A stretch of 63,453 nucleotides of DNA, the filler included, from Chiloscyllium plagiosum (taxonomy: Eukaryota), in assembly GCF_004010195.1 (NCBI RefSeq). It is 4 parts of one record of this genome, joined end to end, with 100 filler letters (N's around TTAATTAATTAA, not from the genome) between each part and the next. Parts side by side here need not be neighbours in the genome. Positions count along the whole stretch, not along the records: positions 27,708 to 42,038 come from NC_057713.1; positions 42,139 to 54,815 come from NC_057713.1; 2 more parts are not named here. The stretch is one strand, 5' to 3'. This document shows positions 36,401 through 49,265 of this stretch, one piece after another; within the stretch, counting starts at the first letter, position 1, and the number at the start of each line of letters is the position of its first letter. The position numbers and the translations under genes were made by a program. Below the pieces are notes generated by a model, which was given only the letters and a program-made list of their open reading frames with translations, was not told the DNA's origin and did not search any database.

Positions 36401-37239
36401 CCTGCACGGAATACAGGAAGAGAAGGCTTTAGGAGGACAAACAGGATAGATTGAACAGTGAGGGCATTTTTCATTGGGAGATGGGAGGTTGAAGGATGAC
36501 CTGATAAAAGGTCTTTGAAATTACGAAAGGGTTTTGATACTGAGTCAGGCAGAAGACATTTCTATGAGCAAGATCTAAATCCAGGGAATCGAGAGCCATT
36601 TTAAGCAAGTCACTAATAAATCCAGTCAGGGATTCAGGATAAACTTCTGTATTAGAGAGAGAGAGAGACAGGAGAATGTGGAGTTATCTCCTACAGAGAC
36701 AGATTGAGATGAAGATACATTTGAGAGAAAACTAGATAAAAACATGGGAGAAAAGAAATTGAAGGTGCTGTTGGTGGGGTGAGGTGAGGTGAATGGTGTG
36801 AGGAAAGGCTTGTGCAGACAATGACACAAACTAGAGGCGGGGAGTGGCCTGTGCCAATGCTGTAATTAGTGCACCAGTCTCTGCAAGTGGTTTCTCTGCA
36901 AGGATTTAATCAGACAACTGACTGGATAAAGAATCAGTGAATTTAATCCTGACTATTTTCATTACCTGAATGAAGGCAGCAGTCAGAGCCAAGATAACCT
37001 TGCAACTTAAATCAGAAGCTCTGGCATTTATTTTGAATTATTTCAGGGTGAGAGTTAGGGGGAGTCGGGGGCTGAGGGTGGAGACAAGTTGAACAAAAGG
37101 GACACAAATCCTGAATTAAAAACCAACCGCAGGCTTGTGTGCAGAGTTGATGTGAACTTTCTGCATTGGTCAAGTACCCACACCTCTCTCGGAATCAGTG
37201 TATGTTTTCTGACGGGTACAGGCAGGTAAAACAGTGTCT

Positions 37240-37500
37240 CAGGGGGCAGTGCATCCACCTCAGAGTCTGCAGCTTGTGCGTTAAGTCCCAGCCTCACACT
37301 AAAGTCACATCTGACACACATCTGAGGGAGTGCTGCACTATCAGAGTTAGTCAATCTGCAGTGTCTACATTTTGGCTTCTCTGGTGGATGCGAGAGGTCA
37401 CGCAGCCCTATTTCGATGGGGAGAAGAGATCTCCCTTGTCCTGGTCAATAATCATCCCTCAAACAAATATTGCCTAAAACAGAAGACAGATGATCTGATC
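37240..37500 (+). mobile_element. Old DeuSINE-like SINE remnant (related pieces at about 34095-34215 and 52770-52900)
   Basis: CTGAGGGAGTGCTGCACT motif resembles the Deu domain as I remember it; highly diverged. Confidence 0.45.
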
Positions 37501-37539
37501 ATAGGGAAGGGTGAGACTATTCACTTTTGAAACTTGTAA

Positions 37540-38055
37540 ATAGAGATCTTCAGCACAGGAAATGGTCCCTCCAGTCGGTTCTGGTCAAAAACAACTGCCT
37601 ATCTATTCCAATCCCATTCTCCAGCTTGGCCTATAGCCTTGGCACTACAAGAGTACATCTAAATCCTCCTTCAGTGTGATGAGGGTTCCTGCCTCTCCCA
37701 CCCTTACAGGCAGGGAGTTCCAGATTGCCCATCATCCGCGGGTGAAAATGTTGCTCCTCATACCCCCTCTAAACCTCCTGCCCCTTCCCTTAAATCATAA
37801 CCACTTGGTCACTGCTCCCTCCATCAAGGGGAAACATTTCCTCCTGCCTACCCTGTCTATGTCCTTATCATTTTATCCATCTCAACCATATCCCTCTCAG
37901 TCCCCTCTGCTCCAAGGAAATCAACCCCAGTCTGTCCAATCTCTCTTTATCACTGAGACTCTCCAGCCCAGGCACCATCCAGGTAAATCTCCCTCTGCAC
38001 CCTCTCCCAGTGCTATCCCATCCCTCCTGTACTGTAGATTCCAGAACTGCTAAAT
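37540..38055 (-). mobile_element. CR1-like LINE 3' region
   Basis: Minus-strand ORF contains RFTWMVPGLESLSDKERLDRLGLISLEQRGLRG. Confidence 0.85.
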
Positions 38056-38153
38056 GTGAATGCTCAGGGTATATTTGGACAAACAGCACTGAAAGTTAGC
38101 ACTTGGGAATGGCAAGCAATTGCAAATGTGAATGGGCATGGTGATTGTTACTG

Positions 38154-38250
38154 GATTAGTGGTGCTGGAAGAGCACAGCAGTTCAGGCAGCGTCCAAGAA
38201 GCAGCGATCGTAGGTTCTGGTTTCCAGCATCTGCAGTCATTGTTTTTACC
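38154..38250. mobile_element. Short family-A insertion with 12-bp TSD
   Basis: TGATTGTTACTG at 38142-38153 and 38255-38266. Confidence 0.7.
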
Positions 38251-38941
38251 TTGATGATTGTTACTGTAAGGGGATTGGAAAACGACAATATAGGCTCTCA
38301 TGATGAGCTGACACCTCAAACACTCTACAAATCAGATGTCAAAATGAAATTCTCTAACACGCAACATTTTGATAGCTTTAAAATGATTGCTTTCAGAGTT
38401 TGTTGCTTCAGTATCTTCCTGACAAGAGTGTTTTGAAATTCTAGCATTAAAGGAATATATTAAATCAAAGGTGGCTGTCGATTATATTCCACTTTCACAA
38501 GGAGAATCCAACTGTGTGTAACAGACAGGTCCACGGTTGTGCTAATGACTCCTGTCAGTTAATCGTTAGTTGGTTAACTCCATATGAGTTACTCTGTATT
38601 AGTTAACTCCCACTGTGATGCAGCACACAGAATCATGACCATGGTTACAGTAGAGGAGGGGGCCCTTTGACCCGTTGTGTTTCTACCTGCTGCCTGCAAT
38701 GTATTTCTGGAATACTCATTGTGCCCTTTTATCTGGTGTTTATCGATTTCCTGTTTGAAATTCCTGCCTCCACCACTCTCCCATTCTGCATCCAAGCTGC
38801 TACCCAAGTCCTCCTTAAGTTGCCTCTTTTGCCAGTCATTGCGAATCTCTGACCTTCAGCCATAGGGTCATCCTTCAGTCCAAATCATCCATGCCGACCA
38901 GGTTTCCCAATCGCTTGCCTGCGTTTGGCACGGTGGTTTGA

Positions 38942-39276
38942 GGGCGACACGGTGGCACAGTGGTTAGCACTGTTGCCTCACAGCACCAGAGACCCGGGTT
39001 CAATTCCCGCCTCGGGCAACTGTCTGTGTGGAGTTTGCACAGTCTCCCCGTATCTGCGTGGGTTTCCTCTGGGTGCTCCGGCTTCCTCCCACAATCCAAA
39101 GATGTGCAGACCAGGTGAATTGGCCATGCTAAATTATCCGTAGTGTTAGACGCATTAGTCAGGGTTAAATGTAGGGGAATGGGTCTGGGTGGGCTGCTCT
39201 TCGGAGGATCGGTGTGGACTTGTTGGGCCGAAGGGCCTGTTTCCACACTGTAGGTAATCTAATCTAATCTAATCTA
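38942..39276 (+). mobile_element. Full-length HE1-type SINE nested in a minus-strand CR1 fragment
   Basis: A-box TGGCACAGTGG, B-box GGTTCAATTCC, and tail GGGCCGAAGGGCCTGTTTCCACACTGTA plus (AATCT)n. Confidence 0.92.
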
Positions 39277-39594
39277 AAAACCCTTTCCTATCCATGTACC
39301 TGTCCAAATGTCTTTTAACTATTGTAACTATACCTGCACTTCCCTGGCAGCTCATTCCACATACAGACCACGCTCTGTGTGAAAACATTGCCCCTCAGGT
39401 CCCTTTAAAATCTTTCTCCTTTCACCTTAAAAATAGTTTTAAATTCCCCTATCTTAGGGAAAAATAAAGGATCTTTGCTATTCACCTTATTGATGCCCCT
39501 CATGATTTTATAAACCTCGATAAGGTCACCCCTCAACCTCCTTCACTCCAGTGAAAAAACTCCCAGCCCATCCAGCCTCTCCTTATAATTCATG

Positions 39595-39762
39595 AGCTGG
39601 AGGATCTGGTGTTGGACTGGGATGGACAAAGTTAGAAATCACACAACATCAGGTTATAGTCCAACAAGTTTATTTGAAATCACAAGCTCTCGGAGCACTG
39701 CTCCTTCATCAGGTGAAGCCAAATAAACCTGTTGGATTATAACCTGGTGTCATGTGAGTTTT
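39595..39762. mobile_element. Palindromic family-B insertion
   Basis: Inverted AGGTTATAGTCCAACA and TGTTGGATTATAACCT; TCCTTATAA(T/C)TCA is duplicated at the flanks. Confidence 0.75.
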
Positions 39763-39825
39763 TCCTTATAACTCAAATCCTCCATTCCCAGTACATCCTG
39801 GTAAACTTATCTGCACCCTCTTCAA

Positions 39826-40225
39826 TTTAGATTAGATTCTCTACAGTGTGGAAACAGACCCTTCATCCCAACCAGTCCATACTGCCCCTCCGAAGAGAAA
39901 CCCACCGAAACCCATTTCCCTACCCTATATTTACCCCTGACTAACACTATGGGCTGCTTGGCCTGCTGTGTTTTTCCAGCACCACATTTTTCAACTCTGG
40001 TCTCCAGCATCTGCAGTCCTCACTTTCTCCACTACGGACTATTTAGCACGGCCATTTCAGCTAACCTGCACATCTTTGGACTGTGGGAGGAAACCGGAGC
40101 ACCCGGAGGAAACCCACGCAGACACGGGGAGAACGTGCAAACTCCACACAGACAGGCGGGAATCGAACCCAGGACACTGGTGCTGTGAAGCAGCAGTGCT
40201 AACCACTGAGCCATCGTGCTGCCCA
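39826..40225 (-). mobile_element. HE1-type SINE interrupted by a family-A single arm (39953-40030)
   Basis: HE1 body in reverse; CACTA(T/C)GG is repeated around the insert. Confidence 0.85.
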
Positions 40226-41184
40226 TTTAATAATATCCTTCCTATAGAAGAGTGACCAGAACTGCACACAGTACTCCCAAAGTGCCCTCACTGATGTTTT
40301 GTACAACCTCTCTTGAGTCTATCGTGAGTCAGAATGATGTATCCTTATCTGCTCTGTCCAGACCCTCTTCAAACCTTCTAACACCTCGACCAGCTCCCCC
40401 TCCAGCCTTCCCTCCTGTGAGGGAGAGAGTCCCCCACTGGCTCCAAATCACACGCTTGTGAAACAGCATCCAAAAGGTCCAGAAATGCCTCAGATTAAAT
40501 GTGAGATAAATAAGAATCTATGTGAAGCTGGAAAATGAAGGTTGTTGGGGAGGTGGGAGGGTTGTGGAGTATAAGCTATTTGTCTCTAACTGCAAGACAG
40601 CGAATGAGCCAATCGCTGAGGTAGAGTGTTGATTATAATTTGTTTGATGGCTTCACACAGTTCCCCGAATACCGGATCACATCAAGGATTACACACAGAG
40701 AGCAGTTAGCACTGATTACTGACATCTCTGAGTTTGTAATGGTTCCACTTAAACTGCTACCTTGCTCACACTGCGGCTCTGCGGACTGCTATAGCAACCT
40801 CTTGTCCCAGCCTTGACAATCCAATCATCAATTACAAATTGAACAGACAACACCATTTTACAGAAGGTACCAACAAGCCAAGCTTCAAACTTATCAAAAA
40901 TTAAATCTACTCCAAATTTCTTATCGCCGTGGGCCAGCTTTCCGCCAAAAAAATAACCAAATCCATCTCCTTCCTCTCCTGCCCTGTTGCTTCACAAACA
41001 AATTGGGAACTGTGGTCACACTGAGGTCTCTCAATGAAATAATCAATTTCGCAAAACAGGTCCACAGCCATTAATGGCACCACTCAGTTCGCTGGACAGA
41101 TTTCTGATATTAATCAGAGTTTTCGGGACAAACAAACAAACTGAATGGTGAGGAATACAGGGGAAAAGGGTCATAGATAACTCA

Positions 41185-42038
41185 GTAGATACTGGCAAAG
41201 TTTGTGAGAAGATTTGTAGCTCGGGTGCTCGTTGTTGTGGTTCTGTTCGCCGAGCTGGGAATTTGTGTTGCAGACGTTTCGTCCCCTGTCTGGGTGGGAT
41301 CCTCAGTGCTTGGGAGCCTCCTGTGAAGCAGTTCTGTGATCTTTCCTCCAGCATTTATAGTGGTTTGAATCTGCCGCTTCCGGTTGTCAGTTCCAGCTGT
41401 CTGCTGCAGTGGTCGGTATATTGGGTCTAGGTCGATGTGCTTATTGATTGAATCTGTGGATGAGTGCCATGTCTCTAGGAATTCCCTGGCTGTTCTCTGT
41501 TTGGCTTGTCCTATAATAGTAACGTTGTCCCAGTCGAACTCATGTTGCTTGTCATCTGCGTGTGTGGCTATTAAGGATAGTTGAACACTATGAACACCAA
41601 CTAGCCACGAAATGACACGACCAGCTATCCTTAGTAGCCACACACGCAGATGACAAGCAACATGAATTCGACTGGGACAACGTTACTATTATAGGACAAG
41701 CCAAACAGAGAACAGCCAGGGAATTCCTAGACACTATGAACACCAACTAGCCACGAAATGACACGACCAGCTATCCTTAGTAGCCACACACGCAGATGAC
41801 AAGCAACATGAATTCGACTGGGACAACGTTACTATTATAGGACAAGCCAAACAGAGAACAGCCAGGGAATTCCTAGAGGCATGGCACTCATCCACAAACT
41901 CCATCAACAAACACATCGACCTGGACCCAATGTACCGACCACTGCAGTGGACAGCTGGAACTGACAACCGGAAGTGGCAGATACAATTCACTATAAATGC
42001 TGGAGGAAACATCACAGAAGCGCTTCACAGGAGGCTCC
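41185..42038. mobile_element. Penelope-like element 3' end in inverted arrangement, with internal 146-bp tandem duplication
   Basis: GIY-YIG C-terminus LSLIATHADDKQHEFDWDNVTII...AREFLETWHS...INK on the minus strand (about 41360-41580) and again on the plus strand (41585-42038). 41585-41730 equals 41731-41876. Confidence 0.85.
41269..41310 (-). ncRNA. Minimal hammerhead ribozyme motif downstream of the PLE ORF
   Basis: Minus strand: aGCA-CTGAGGA-tcccacccagacaggggac-GAAA-CGTC-TGCa. Helix I is GCA/TGC, helix III is palindromic ACGT, helix II is imperfect. Confidence 0.7.
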
Positions 42039-42138
42039 NNNNNNNNNNNNNNNNNNNNNNNNNNNNNNNNNNNNNNNNNNNNTTAATTAATTAANNNNNN
42101 NNNNNNNNNNNNNNNNNNNNNNNNNNNNNNNNNNNNNN

Positions 42139-42452
42139 AGAGCACATACACACAAGATGTACATAGGCATGCACACACAGAGATATACACAGACATGCAC
42201 ACATACACAGAGACACAAGCAGATACAGATAGAGATATAATTGGATGCATGCACACACACACACAGATAAAGGTACACACAGATATAGACAAATTGACAT
42301 ATTATGCACACACAGACACTCACTCACGCAAACACACATAGAGACATATGCACATACACACATAGATTCACACACATGCATATAGACACACACCCATACA
42401 GAGACACACACACACACGCGTAGATATACAAAAAAGCACACACACACACATA
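42139..42452. repeat. (CA)n/(CATA)n low-complexity tract
   Basis: Visible dinucleotide-rich tract beside a linker gap. Confidence 0.9.
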
Positions 42453-43174
42453 CCTTATTTTACAGAACATCAACACTCCCATGTCACTAATTTCCTAGCC
42501 CTGTCTACATGGCATTTGCCTGGAAGGAGAAGATAGTCACTTCACAGACACACAGGTTGCAGGGAAGAGAAAATCTGCATATTTAAGCATTCAAGATTTG
42601 CTAATGGGGATTTCACATGCGCCATGCCTGGACAAGGACAGAGCTGTGGATATAACATCAGTTATTAAAGTTGCTCTAGGTTCCTGCCTCCACTGAGGCC
42701 AGGCTAATTGTAACAGGAGCCGACAAGTTCCTCTAGCATTCTGGGACAGAGGTTACAGGCAGAAATTGTGAGGAGCTTTTAACTGTTTCAGATCCCTTCT
42801 GAGACAGGAAATGAGGAGCATTTTGTTTTTGTCAGCAAAGTCTCAAGTTTTGTTTAAGTGGCTGTGCATTTGATTTAAACGTTGTCCAGGAGATATTGAC
42901 GGAATTTTGTTCAGTTCAATTGTGCCTTTTCTTCAGGTTTGTTATTTCAAAAGTACGCAGGTGACCTCATTCTGAGACCTTTATCACCAGTCACCACAAG
43001 ACCACCTCTCTCATCTCCTCCAGCTCCTCAATCCTCAATCCCCAATTCCTGTCCCTTTGTTGTGAGCATTCTGATCGCCTCACCATTAGTGACCATTTGT
43101 TCAGCTGTCTGGGCCCCCAAACCTCCCCAGCTCGCCTATAAAAGCAAAAACCTGTAGAAACTACAAATCCGGAA

Positions 43175-43350
43175 CCAACACAGAGAAACTCAGCAAAGTC
43201 TGGCAGCATCTGTGAAGAGAGAGAAAAACAGATATAACGTTTCCAGTCCGATATGACTCTTTTCAGAATCAAGGTTTTGAAATGCTAACTCTGTTTCTTC
43301 CTCTACGGTTGCTGCCAGACTTGCTGAGTTTCTCCAGCAATGTCTGATTT
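43175..43350. mobile_element. Palindromic family-C insertion
   Basis: GAGAAACTCAGCAAAGTCTGGCAGCA and TGCTGCCAGACTTGCTGAGTTTCTC are inverted arms. Confidence 0.7.
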
Positions 43351-43614
43351 AGTCTCCAGCTCTCCTTCCCTCTTTAAAGCCCACATCATTCAGCCTGCAT
43401 TTGGTGACCTGTCATAATATCACCTGTTGTGGTGTTAAATCATGTCTGTTGTTAGCTCCGATGAAGAAATACAAAATACATTTTTTTTTGGGCAAAATAT
43501 GCGTTCTAAGTCCATTTCTGTTTCCAGAAAGTAAGAGAGAGTTAGCCTGCGTTGTGTAGGTGCGAGTTCAAATGTGTGAAAGTGTTATGAGTGCGAGCGT
43601 GTGTATTCTTGTTA

Positions 43615-43950
43615 ATGGACTGCTTCAGTATTTGAGGAGTCGCAAATGGTGCTGAACATTGTGCAATGATCGGTGAACATCCCCATTTCTCACCTAATGA
43701 TGGAGAGAAGGTCATTGATGAAGCAGCTGAAGATGGTTGGGCCGAGGACACTACCCTGAGGGACTCCTGCAGAGATGTTCTGGAGCCTGAGATGACTGAC
43801 CTCCAACAACCACAACCACCTTCCCATGTGTCAGGTATGACTCAACCAGCAGAGAGTTTGCCCCCTGATACTAACTATTACCAGTTTTGCTCGGCCACAC
43901 TCGGTCAAATGTGGCCTTGATGTTAAGGACAATCACTCTCACCCCCCATC
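43615..43950 (-). mobile_element. LINE RT fragment (same family as 11450)
   Basis: Reverse-complement match to about 11930-12255 (GVPQG.VLGP region). Confidence 0.8.
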
Positions 43951-44056
43951 AGGATCTCAGAGCAGATCGTGGAGTGAGGGTGTCTGTGTTAGAAGGTGAG
44001 TCAGGTGGTCTTGGAGGAACTGAAGAGGAAAGTTAAACAGAAGACTTATCCATGGG

Positions 44057-44217
44057 ATCAGGCAGCATCCAGGAGCAGCGAAATTGACGTTTCGGACAAA
44101 AGAAGGGCTTTTGCCTGAAATGTCGATTTGGAAGCTCCTTGGATGCTGCCTGAACTGCTATGTTCTCCCAGCACCACTAATCCAGAATCTGGTCTCCAGC
44201 ATCTGCAGTCATTGTTT
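44057..44217. mobile_element. Palindromic family-A insertion
   Basis: Arms CAGGCAGCATCCA and TGGATGCTGCCTG; TTATCC(A/G)TGGG at both flanks. Confidence 0.75.
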
Positions 44218-44559
44218 TTATCCGTGGGGTCTGACTGCATTCTAATCATCAAAAGATATAGCATCAAAAGATGAAGGATAGAATCAGCTCTCAACCCCAT
44301 ACCCTCCTCATATCCCCTCTATTCCATCTGATGTTATCACATGCCTCTTCACCTGCCTCCTCCATTGCCCCCTATTCCAACCCATTTCAGTCTATGCTCC
44401 TACCCTCCATCCTTAATGTGAACACACCCAGTATTCAGTATGGGCTGGCCTCAAGACCCACACTGAGATGGGAGAAAAGAAAGTCCCAATTCTCCATTAT
44501 AGACATCAACATTGAGAGAGAAAAAATCAGATTTCTTCAAGCAAATGGCAACTTTTAAA

Positions 44560-44878
44560 AAATTCATTCATAGGATATGGGCATCACTGGCTAGCATTTA
44601 TTGCCCATCCCTAATTACCCAGAGGGCAGTTAAGAATCAACCACATTGCTGTGGGTCTGGAGTCCCATGTAGGCCAGACCAGGGAAAGATGGCAGTTTCC
44701 TTCCCTGAAGGATATTAGTGAATGGGATGGACTTTTCTGACAATCAATTAATTCCAAATGTTTATTTAATTCAACTTCCACCATCTGCAGTGGTGCGATT
44801 CAAATCTGGGTCCCCAGGATTAACCTGGGTCTCTGGATTAACAGTCCAGCGATAATACCACTAGGTCATCACCTCCCA
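44560..44878 (-). mobile_element. Meta-like tRNA SINE
   Basis: Reverse complement of the tail, core and head seen at 28085. Confidence 0.75.
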
Positions 44879-46591
44879 ACAGCTGATCCATCAGTCAAGG
44901 GCTCAATCCCTTTCAACCGCAAGCATTGAAATTTGTAGTCCCACATCAAGTAATCTGATACCAATTGTAGCTGCCAATCTATAATGGAGCCATCATTTAA
45001 ACTACACGAGCTAAGTCCTGGTTAGAGTGGTGCTATAAAAGTACAGCAGGTCAGGCAGCATCCGAGGAGCAGGAAAATCAAGCAAAGGTTGATTTGTGGA
45101 CTCTGATGGGTTAAGACATTATCACAGACAATGTACGGCAGAACTATTGTTCCCATGTTTTGTTTTATCTTCAAAGGGACACAATGCCTGGACGTGTTCC
45201 TCTTGTCTGCAAACGGCAGGCCCCTGTGTGTGAACATCTGTAGCTCTGAGCAAGTGTAAGTGACCATTATTCTCTGAGTTCTAACAATGCTTGTTAATTG
45301 CTCAATTGCAAGATCAGCAAGCAGTTACTCTTCTGTCATCGACAACACAGAGGTATCTCTTTGTTTCACAATGAGGTGAGAGCGAGGTTTAAAGGAATAG
45401 AGCAAACGGTCGCAACATTGTGGCAGGAGAGGAGGGCAAAGATATGCAAAAGCAGGACTTTGAGATGATTTTAATGATGGCGAGAGATAAAGAAGTTCAG
45501 GGACTGGGAGCAGACTGGTTTAAAGCTCTTCCACTGAACTGGGATTAAGGGAAGGAATTGTGACTAAAAATAAAATTGAAGTCAGAAGCCAGGCTGGAGA
45601 CAAAAAGCTGCAAGGGGTTACAGAAATAGGACAAGGTACCTTCATGGTTCTCATCCTGTGCTGCCCTGCTTGGAGCTGCACCTGCTGGCAGATCTGCTGC
45701 CAAGTGCCATCCTTACACACCCACTCTGGCTCATCTGTAACTGCTCTGTGCTATCTCTCACTCCCCTAAACCTGGCCTCAACCCTCATTCGTTGCCCCCA
45801 TCCCCACCTCGCCCTCTGGAAGAAATCTCTGCAGCTTTTCAGCTCTGGTTTAAGTGGTGACTAATACTGACATTTATATTTCTGCAGAGTAAGGGCTCTT
45901 TTTCCTTTCACAATTTCGAACACTGAGCTATTTGTTGTTTGGAAGTTTAGCACATGTTGTGGCATCCGCATTTCAAATCCGCCCCCACCCCCCTCCACTT
46001 TCTTCCACAGATTTTGACTGATCTATGTTTCTGAGGCAAACAGGGAAATGAATAGAATTCACCTTGTTAGGAATAACTCTCCTTGTTCCAATGTTGGATT
46101 TACTCTCATTTCTATTACTTTATAAAATTACACGACGAGCTCTCTCGATTCCCAGGAGATAACAGCCTCAAATTGAAGAACTACCAACAATGGCAAAGAT
46201 CTCTCTACCTCTCTCTCCTGCAAAACTTTACCTCTTTAACCAATCCTCCCATCCCCTGTCCTAATACCTCCGTATGCGGCACACAGTCAACTCTAACAAT
46301 TGCCCCGTGGAACATTTAGCCATTTTAATGGCGCTGCAGAAATGCAGGATGTTGTTGTAAATTTGAGGAGTGTTTGTCTCCCTGAGTTTGGAGGGGGCTG
46401 TAGTGAGAGTGGAGCCTCACACAGTGATGTGTGAACCCTGACCTTGCCCAGTCACAATGAGGGATCCTTTAGGTGCTCACTCAGTTCAGCTCAGGAGATC
46501 ACCCTAACCCCCCCCACCGCCACCAGTAACCCTTGGTGTTCCCACACCCACAGGGTCACAGTCGGTATTCTGCTGGAGAGAGCTGGCGGAG

Positions 46592-47804
46592 AAAGAACAT
46601 GTTGACACTGACCCACATCAGGAGCTGACCTCCAGCTTGGACCAAGTCTTAAAGCCGTAGAGTCTTACAGCACAGAAGAGGCTCTTCAGCCCATCAAGTC
46701 TGTCCTGTCAGAGATACATGAAGCCCACACTTTCCTGCATCAGTCCCACAGCCTTGAATGTGATGACATATTCTGCTAAAGCTCATTAAACCCTTCCACA
46801 AAACATATATTAAAAACTCGGCACATAATTAGACCTGGGACAAAAGGAGTGTGTGACTATTTTTGATAAGTGTGGACCAGATCAAAATGGGGTGTCTCTC
46901 TTCCATGTGATTTTTCATTCTGTGTTGGGGCTGATTCACTGATTGATCGATTTGTTGTGGATGAGCTTTTAACACAAGCGTAGGACACAGGTCGCCACGC
47001 CTGGCCCATTCACCATTGACCCTGAATCCATAGAGTCATGCAACGTGGAAACAGAGCCTTTGGTCTTGAGGGACCATCCTCCCACAGGGACATGGTGACA
47101 TCACTGGACAAAAGACTCATGTTCTGGGGTCACAGGTACAAATCCCACCACAACACCTATCACAGAATTATTATAGTGCTAAAGGAGGCCATTCGGCCCA
47201 TTGATTCTGCACTCCCTCTCACATCTAGTCTGGCTCTATTACCCAGCGCCAATTATCTGCCTCTTCCCCATATTCCTGCACATTGTTTCCATCCAAATGA
47301 CCCTTCAGTGTCCCTCTTGAATATATTAACTGATCCTACCGTACGCCGTACATGACTGCAGACCCACAGCAATTGTGGTTGACTCTTAACTTACCTCCAA
47401 AATGGCGCCAGCATGACTTTCAGTTCAAGGGGCAATTAGGGACGGGTAGCCAATGTTGGTCCCACCAGTGACATCATCAACCCATGAAAGAACAAGGTGT
47501 AAGAAGGTTTAGAGGGGATCTGAGGAAAATCTTTGTCACGCAGAGGGTCGTTGGGTCTGGGATGCACTGCCTGGGAGAAGGCTGAGGCAGGAAACCTCTT
47601 CACTAAATATTTGGATGGGCTTTTATGTGTCATCACATTCAAGGCTATGGGACTGATGCAGGAAAGTGTGGGCTTCATGTATCTTTGACAGGACAGACTT
47701 GATGGGCTGAAGAGCCTCTTCTGTGCTGTAAGACTCTACGGCTTTAAGACTTGGTCCAAGCTGGAGGTCAGCTCCTGATGTGGGTCAGTGTCAACATGTT
47801 CTTT
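46592..47804. repeat. 177-bp near-perfect inverted repeat (46592-46768 and 47628-47804)
   Basis: By manual comparison the arms differ at two positions; the spacer is about 860 bp. Confidence 0.92.
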
Positions 47805-47908
47805 GACACCCTGAGAGGTGGCTTACTACTCAATCGCTGCTATATAAATGTGAGTTGTTGTTGTATAATTCACATATCACCAGCAGCTTGTCACATGGAT
47901 ATGGAGTT

Positions 47909-48203
47909 GTTAGATTAGATTGCTTACAGTGTGGAAACAGGCCCTTCGGCCCGACAAGTCCACACTGACCCGCCGAAGCGCAACCCACCCTTACCTAACA
48001 CTACGGGCAATTTAGCATGGCCAATTCACCTGACCTGCACATCTTTGGACTGTGGGAGGAAACCGGATCACCCGGAGGAAACCCACGCAGACACAGGGAG
48101 AATGTGCAAACTCCACACAGTCAGTCGTCTGAGGCGGGAATTGAACCCGGGTCTCTGGCGCTGTGAGGCAGCAGTGCTAACCACTGTGCCACCGTGCCAC
48201 CCA
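47909..48203 (-). mobile_element. HE1-type SINE
   Basis: Full head and core with (TTAGA)n tail; small internal deletion. Confidence 0.9.
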
Positions 48204-48419
48204 TGTCTTGGAGAATACTTGATTAAACTTTGAGGAATGGTCACTACCTGAATGAGACACAGTTAACTACCTCAGCTGTTCTCACATAGAACAGAACCTG
48301 GCCATTCGGTCCACTAGTCCATGTTCCGTCACATGGCCAACCTCCAATCTCTCCTTATCTAACCCCATCGATATATCCTTGGCCCAACATGAGAAACCCT
48401 TTGACAGCCCACACTGTGC

Positions 48420-49170
48420 ACTGAACCACTGACAATGTAAGGGTTGTCCACTTTAGCAGGAAAAAATCAGAAGGCTATCGAGCCGGAGATGCAGAGGGAT
48501 CTGGACGTTAGGGAAGCTAATTGAATGTTGTTTTATTGCAAGGGGAATTGAATGCAAGAGTAAGGAAGTCATAACTCAACTCAACAAGGCATTGGAGAGA
48601 CCGCATCTCGAATACAGTGTGCAGAGTCAATCCCCTTATTGAATGGGGAGCAGGAATGTACTGGAGGTGGTTCAGGAGGTTGAGTAGATTGTTCCCTGGA
48701 ATAAGTTGATTGTCTCAGGATGAAAGATTGGACTGACTGGGCTGACTTCCCTCGGAGTTTAGAACAGTGAGGGGAGACTTGACCGAGGTCTATAAGGTCC
48801 TGAGTGATCCTGCCAAGGTGGATGTGGAAAGCGTTTTGGGGTAGTCCGGAACGAGGGCTCGCTGTTGAAAGATTAGGGGTTTCCCTTTCAGGACAAGAGA
48901 CGAGGAGAAAGCCATTCTCTCAGAGGGCTGTGTGACGTTAACACGTCCTGCCTCTGGGTGGGTGAAACAAGTGTCCCTGAACAATTTCATCCAGAGGAGA
49001 GTCAATGTTTATTAGGCGGTAGATTGATGATCCCTGGTGGTGGTGGGTTGGGTGGTGGTGAGGGGCTGAGATGGGAAGGTGGGATTTGAAACACACTTAC
49101 TATGATCTGATTGAATGCTACAGCAGGGGCCAAATGACCTACTCCTGCTACAAAACCTTCTATTTGTTGG
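48420..49170 (+). mobile_element. Old CR1-like LINE 3' region
   Basis: Decayed CR1 ORF2 C-terminal motifs and tail GGGCCAAATGACCTACTCCTGCT. Confidence 0.7.
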
Positions 49171-49265
49171 TGATTTTGACTGAGCACGTTTTGAGAACCA
49201 GCTTCCAGAGTCAGGGAGTTTGGTAAAGAGCAGGAAAGGGACCAAATACAGACTGAACTCGGACT

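Noticed and set aside
38942..39015. tRNA-like A and B boxes
   Set aside because: Head of a SINE continuing into the SINE body; not a tRNA gene.
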